A DNA stretch of 64,000 nt, taken from assembly GCA_951406725.2 (NCBI GenBank), contig OX597832.1, positions 38,626,001 through 38,690,000 on the forward strand. The letters run 5' to 3'. The notes beneath the pieces are model-generated. The model made no database searches. It was not told the DNA's origin and worked only from the letters and a program-made list of their open reading frames with translations. The DNA comes from Octopus vulgaris. Taxonomy: Eukaryota. The position numbers and the translations under genes were made by a program. Every line of letters starts with the position of its first letter. Position 1 is the first letter of the stretch. Shown here piece after piece: positions 58,290-64,000 of the stretch.

Positions 58290-58296
58290 TATATAT

Positions 58297-59065
58297 TCGC
58301 CATGACAGATCGCTAGCCACTAAACCTTTTTCTATTTACTCTCCCTGTTTATTTCTGTGTTCCTTTCTGTCGAAGAGCTTTGGCTCGAAACGTAAAAGAC
58401 TTTCTCACTTCCTGAGCGTTAAACTAATACATCTGTTTGTTGTTTAGACACGCGTCTTCATCATTTTTTTTTTGTAAATTCTCAATACACACACATACAC
58501 ACACACACAAATATATATATAAGTATATTAATAAATGAAATAAAACATATGCATATATATAAACATATATGTACGTACCTACCTCTACATGTACATATAC
58601 ACGCATATATGAGTACAGGACACCAAAGGGACGTCGAACACAAAGAGAAACGAAAACATAGACACAAACCAAAGGAACTGGACATTTTTTTAAAAACAAC
58701 AAAAAATGGAGTACAGGACAATTAACACAAAGAAAAAACCCCTTCTTCAGTCGCTATGGTTTCATCTACTCTACGTTTCGAAGGATAAAAGCGAGACGTA
58801 TCTTCGACAAGAAACTTTCCTTCCTGCGAAAAGCAAAGCAATTAAAATTCTGAGATCTTTTCGCAGAGGGGTAAAAAATGGTAAAAAAACGGTAAAAAAA
58901 CAGGGCAGTAACGACAGTACAAAAATATAAACAGTAAAAGACAGGACAGGGAAAAACAAGATAAGAAGGGCTGTTGACGCCGAACGAAAAAAGTATTGCA
59001 AACGCAGAATTTTTTGTGAACGACAGGGGAGCAGGAAGAATGTCGTCCAGTTACCTTGAAAGGCC

Positions 59066-59070
<5 letters not shown>
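58297..59070. mobile_element. Cluster of Penelope-type short repeats (+ copy 58297-58485; - copy ~58590-58850 homologous to 52090-52345)
   Basis: Visible homology between dispersed copies; degenerate CGAAACGT hammerhead half-sites; (TA)n flanks. Confidence 0.55.
58363..58398 (+). ncRNA. Minimal hammerhead-like motif with variant core CUGUCGA
   Basis: CTTT-CTGTCGA-A-GAGC(tttg)GCTC-GAAA-CG-TA-AAAG. Confidence 0.5.
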
Positions 59071-59136
<66 letters not shown>

Positions 59137-59685
59137 CATACATATATTTACACGCCCATACGTACATACATACGTGCGATTGTATGTAGCTTAAGTTTCT
59201 GTTAAATAAGATCAACAAAAAATACTCCATCCAATTAAAGAGAAATATTAATGCCTACAGTATACCGTTATGAGTTTCTATAGTTTCATACACTGGAAAT
59301 ATCTTCTAGGCAGGTTTTTGAGCAACACGCCCAGAATTCCCTGCCATGAAAAACAACAGTAAAGACTGACTGTCGGTGTATGTATGTATGTACGTATGAA
59401 TGTATGTATCATGGCTATCTCATCTTTTGCGAATCTCAGGCAAGTAGTTCAATTCATTCTTTTCTAAGACGGTATAATGTAACTTAAGGGAGGTTAGGCA
59501 GCTATTTCTAGCAAAATGAGTGGCCGTGCGTAAGTTTCATTGTTGACTTGGTGGTATACTAGAATCTGGAAGTGAATGTATCGGAAAGAAGTAGGATGGT
59601 TGAAGGGTCAGGGTCAAGTGAAAGAGTGAAATATGTAAACAAAAAACACGTCAGTTGTACACGATTGATTAGGTCTGGAAATGAC

Positions 59686-59739
59686 AACAGCAGCAGCAGC
59701 AGCAGCAACGGCAGCAACAACAGCGGAAGCAGCATTAGT

Positions 59740-59835
<96 letters not shown>

Positions 59836-59847
59836 TGCTGCTGCTGT

Positions 59848-59884
<37 letters not shown>

Positions 59885-59895
59885 CAGCCGGCAGT

Positions 59896-59934
<39 letters not shown>

Positions 59935-59988
59935 GCGCGCAGCCGCTGCGCGCAGCAGCAGCAGCAGCAGCAGTAGCAGCAGCAGCAG

Positions 59989-60034
<46 letters not shown>

Positions 60035-60075
60035 CAGCAGTAGCAGCAGTAGTAGTAGTAGTAGTAGTAGTAGTA
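59686..60075. repeat. (CAG)n/(TAG)n array with internal inverted CTG patches
   Basis: Directly visible. Confidence 0.95.
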
Positions 60076-61060
60076 GTTGTTCATGACTTCTTTCCAACGT
60101 TCCACAAATTTGTCAATGCTTTGACGGCAGAAATCGTCAAGTCTTAACGGAAAGGAATCATCGTGCCATGCTTTCGGATCTACGTCTTCGCAGTCTTTTG
60201 GAAAGTGACCGGAAAAAAATGTGATCAGCTGAAGGTGCTACGACATCAAGAGAATATGACAGGGGCGGTAGAACTTCACAACCGAGATTTTGAATAGTAT
60301 TTTTGGTCAAATTAGTGAGGTGAGGGAGAGTATTGTCATGTTGAAGAAGCATGCCATATCGTCGGTCGAGTCGGGTAGTTCCGGTTGGATTGCTTCGTTG
60401 AGCCGATGTATTTGCTGAACGTAAATCTCCGTATTGACCATGTTGTTGTTTCCAAACTTTTCATTCCTAATCCTACCAAATTCAGATCATTGAATTGTAT
60501 GGATGTAGCCTTAGCTTGACTCGTGGTGTTGCTTGCTTCTCAGAATTAAGCCATTCTTTCCTCTGCTTCACATTGACGTAGACTGCATTGTGACGATACG
60601 GTAAAGAAATGTCTGTGCCCACAAATAGCCAAGTGCCGAACGAGGAAACATGTGGTGATACAAGAGTCCTGGAGTTTATCGTTTACGCTCAGAGCATCTA
60701 GCACCCATGCACCGAGATTTGAAGCTTACCCTTCGAATGAAAGGGACAGGTAGTACTATCATGTAAGCATCCAATCTGCTGAACCAATTCCTTTCTGGAG
60801 TGGTGCGGATCGTTCAAACGATCCTCATTGACCTGAATTAGTTGGCTGAAACGCGGAGAGAATATAAGGTCGAATTTTCTCCTCTCATCGGGATTCAAAA
60901 ATCTACGGCAATTAAATACCATGCCAAAACATTTGAAGGATCTACATGGAGTAGAAGTAGATGTTTTCAGAAACAACTCGACCTCCTGCTGTCCACAATT
61001 GCAGATGAACATAACGCACGGTTAGAAACTCAAAAGAGAGCAACAACACCAAATTTCTTC
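60075..61060 (-). pseudogene. Mariner transposase remnant
   Basis: LLQHDNTLPH...LGCEVLPPLSYSLDVVAPSADHIFFRSL matches HDNARPH...YSPDLAPSDYHLF. Confidence 0.8.
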
Positions 61061-61257
61061 CTTCTCTAAAAGCGAACCGCAAAAGAATGGCCATGGAAAA
61101 AGTAATGATACAAGCGGTGCTCCAGCATGGCCACATCCTTTCAGCTAAAACCCATACATGAATAAAAGAATAAAAGAATATGCAGTACTTCTAAAAAGAA
61201 GTAAAATATATTCAAATTTCAAAATCGATAAAGAGCTACAAAATAATTAAAAAAAAT

Positions 61258-61422
61258 AGTGGCTGTGTCATAAGAAACTTGCTTCACAACCACATAGTCC
61301 CGGGTTCAGTTGCACTGCGTGGCAACTTGGACAAGTGTCTTCTAGTATAGCCTTGGGCCGGCCAAAGCCTTATGAGTGGATTTGGTAGACGGAAACTGGA
61401 AGAAGCCTATCGTATATATACA

Positions 61423-61454
<32 letters not shown>

Positions 61455-61660
61455 TGTGTGTGTCCACCATCGCTTGACAAACGATGGTGGTGCGTTTACG
61501 TTCCCGCAACTTAGCGGCTCGGCAAAGGTGACCGATAAAATAAGTACCAGGCTGGGGGTCGATTTCTTCGTCTGAAAAAAAAAGCCTTCAGGCTGTGCTC
61601 CAGCATGGCCATAGTCAAATGACTGAAACAAGTAAGAGAATAAAAGAACAAAAGAATAAA
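61258..61660 (+). mobile_element. SINE family A, full length
   Basis: Homology to 15820-16220. Confidence 0.8.
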
Positions 61661-63387
61661 GACGGTACGATAAAAATATTTTGTGTGTAAATTAAAACAA
61701 GACCGGAAAGAAACGAACCGATTTATCTGACAACCCAACAAAAACCAAGCGCCATTTTAGCTTCTACCACTTATATAGGTATGTGTATGTTTGTGGCTGT
61801 GTGTGTATGGTGTGCGTGAATGTGTGTGTGTGTGTGTTTGAGTATACATGTATGTGTGTTTTGTGCAGAGTGCACTGCTGCATAAACAGTTGCATCTCTG
61901 TTTCAAGGGCATATGTTACTTTATTCTTTCTTTCTTTTCTGCCTTTTCTTCTTCCAATGTTAACGTGACAGTTTTCTTGTTTAGCAGACATTGTTTACAC
62001 ACCATTTAACGCCGACAATCTCGACCACTCCAACACCATCACCACTACCAACCAACCAACCAACCAACCATCACCGCTACCAACAACGTCACTAACATTG
62101 CTAGCATCACCAGCAGCAGCAGCAGCAGCAGCAGTAACACCACCACCACCACCAAATACAACCATAAAAAGATCGACCCCCCACCACCACCACCAACATC
62201 ACCGCCATTACTATAACCATCCTAATCATTATCCTCACCTCGATCGTCATTACCCAATATCCCGCCCTCTGACACCACTTCTCCCTCCTTCTTCCCCTTC
62301 GTCTCTCTCTCTCTCTCTCTCTCTACCTCTGACCTCACCTCTCTTCTTAAATCTCCTCTCATTCTCAGTAAAGTCTGCCATAAAGCTGACGTCCAGCTTC
62401 TTCGACAGACGTCACAACTGTATTTGACATCACTTCCTTTCCTATCCCAACATTGGTTCTTCTTGGGCATCGCCACCACCACCACCATCACCATCATCAT
62501 CATCACCACCACCACCACCACCATCACTGCCACCACCACCACTACCATCACCATCATCATCATCATTATCGTCGCCCTTATACCTCTACTTCCATCATCA
62601 TCGTCATCATCATCATCATCGTCTTCCTCATCTACCACTACCATCATGATCATCATCACCACCACGACCACCACCACCATCACCGCCACCACCGCCACCA
62701 CCGCCACCACTACCACCACCACCACTACTATCATCATCATCATCATTATCGTCATCATCATCAACCACTACCACCATCATCATCATCGTCGTTGTCATCG
62801 TCATTATCATCATAACCACTACCACCATCATCGCTGTTACCACAACCATCCTCATTATCATTATTGTCATCATCGTCGTTGTCGTCATTGTCATCGGTAC
62901 CCTTTACCCCCACATCCGGTTCCATGATGTCCTTCATTCAAAAGATGCTAAATTTTGATTTGTGACTGATTTGACAGCTATCTCTAGCAGGTTGAGTGAC
63001 CTCATAGAAGCCCCCGATTTTTTGGCTCGCCGTCATTGTTTCTAATAGATCAGAGGTGTGTAAATCAAGTCGTTTCAGCCGTGACTATCAACACGAGATT
63101 TTCATTGATATTTCTGTCATAGCTCATCCTAAATGCTTTGTTTAACAGGCCAGTTCGTATTTCTCGAAAAAAAAAAAATTTTAATGGTTGAATGGGATTT
63201 GAGGGAGATTTCGTTACTATTTCTAGCGGATCGAATCTCTGCATAGAGGCTATTTCAATTAAGATGATGACGATAATGAATAGTGATTGATGGTGGCGAT
63301 AGTGGTGATGGCGGCGGTGGCGATGGGGGTGGTGACGACGGTAGTGGTGTTGGCAGAAGTGGTGGCGGTCCCGGCGACGGTTTCGGT

Positions 63388-63600
63388 GGCGGTGCAGAAG
63401 CGTTAGCACGCCGGGCGAAAGGCTTAGTGGGATTTCGTCTGTCTTTACATTCTGCGTTCAAATTCCGCCGAGGTCGACTTTGCCTTTCATCCTTTCGAGG
63501 GGGGGCGATAAATTAAGTACCAGTTGCGTACTGGGGATCGATCTAATCGACTGGCCCTCACTCACCCAAAATTTCGGGCCTTGTGCCTAGAGTAGAAAAG
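63388..63600 (+). mobile_element. SINE family B, alternative tail
   Basis: Homology to the last unit of the 18058 trimer. Confidence 0.8.
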
Positions 63601-63930
63601 AAAAGGATATTTGAGATTAAGACACTTTTGATGATGGTCGTAGCGTTGTTGTCGTCCTTGTTATTGATCCTATAAATACAATGATGATGATGATGATGAC
63701 GACGACGTCTCGAACCTGTGGTTATAAAAACAAACTCTCCGTTCCTCCTCATCTTCCCACCACCGTGAACTTTGTGCTCCATGTCCCTCTTCAGTTTTCC
63801 TTCACCTGCGAACCTGCCAACGCCATACTGTTCTGTTTTTTGTTTACTTCTTTCTCGTCTTCCTTTTACCTCCTCCGCCTTCTCCACCCCCAACACGCTT
63901 GTAACGAGGACGAACATCGTCGAATTTCTT

Positions 63931-63990
<60 letters not shown>

Positions 63991-64000
63991 TTCATCATCA

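Overview
AT-rich animal genomic DNA dominated by microsatellites and transposons. The SINE families resemble those I recall from Octopus (cephalopod) genomes, but that assignment is an inference. Almost all of the ORF track is spurious translation of (TA)n, (CA)n, (GATA)n and trinucleotide repeats. The only convincing protein-coding gene is an intact, intronless VRK1/ballchen-like Ser/Thr kinase (CK1 superfamily) at 46335-47414 (+). The rest is many copies of three tRNA-type SINE families (some nested with clear target-site duplications, some as multimers), decayed LINEs (Tx1/L1, CR1/L2), Penelope-like remnants, Mariner/Tc1 remnants, a Tc1-type MITE and non-autonomous Helitrons. The most notable non-coding signals are: (i) several minimal type-I hammerhead ribozymes in Penelope-type short repeats, two with intact cores, one inside a 47-bp inverted repeat; (ii) SINE-into-SINE insertion at a recurrent site, which appears to generate SINE multimers; (iii) Tx1 fragments next to (GATA)n arrays; (iv) small exon-like segments with strong splice signals on the minus strand. 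Boundaries of decayed elements are approximate.
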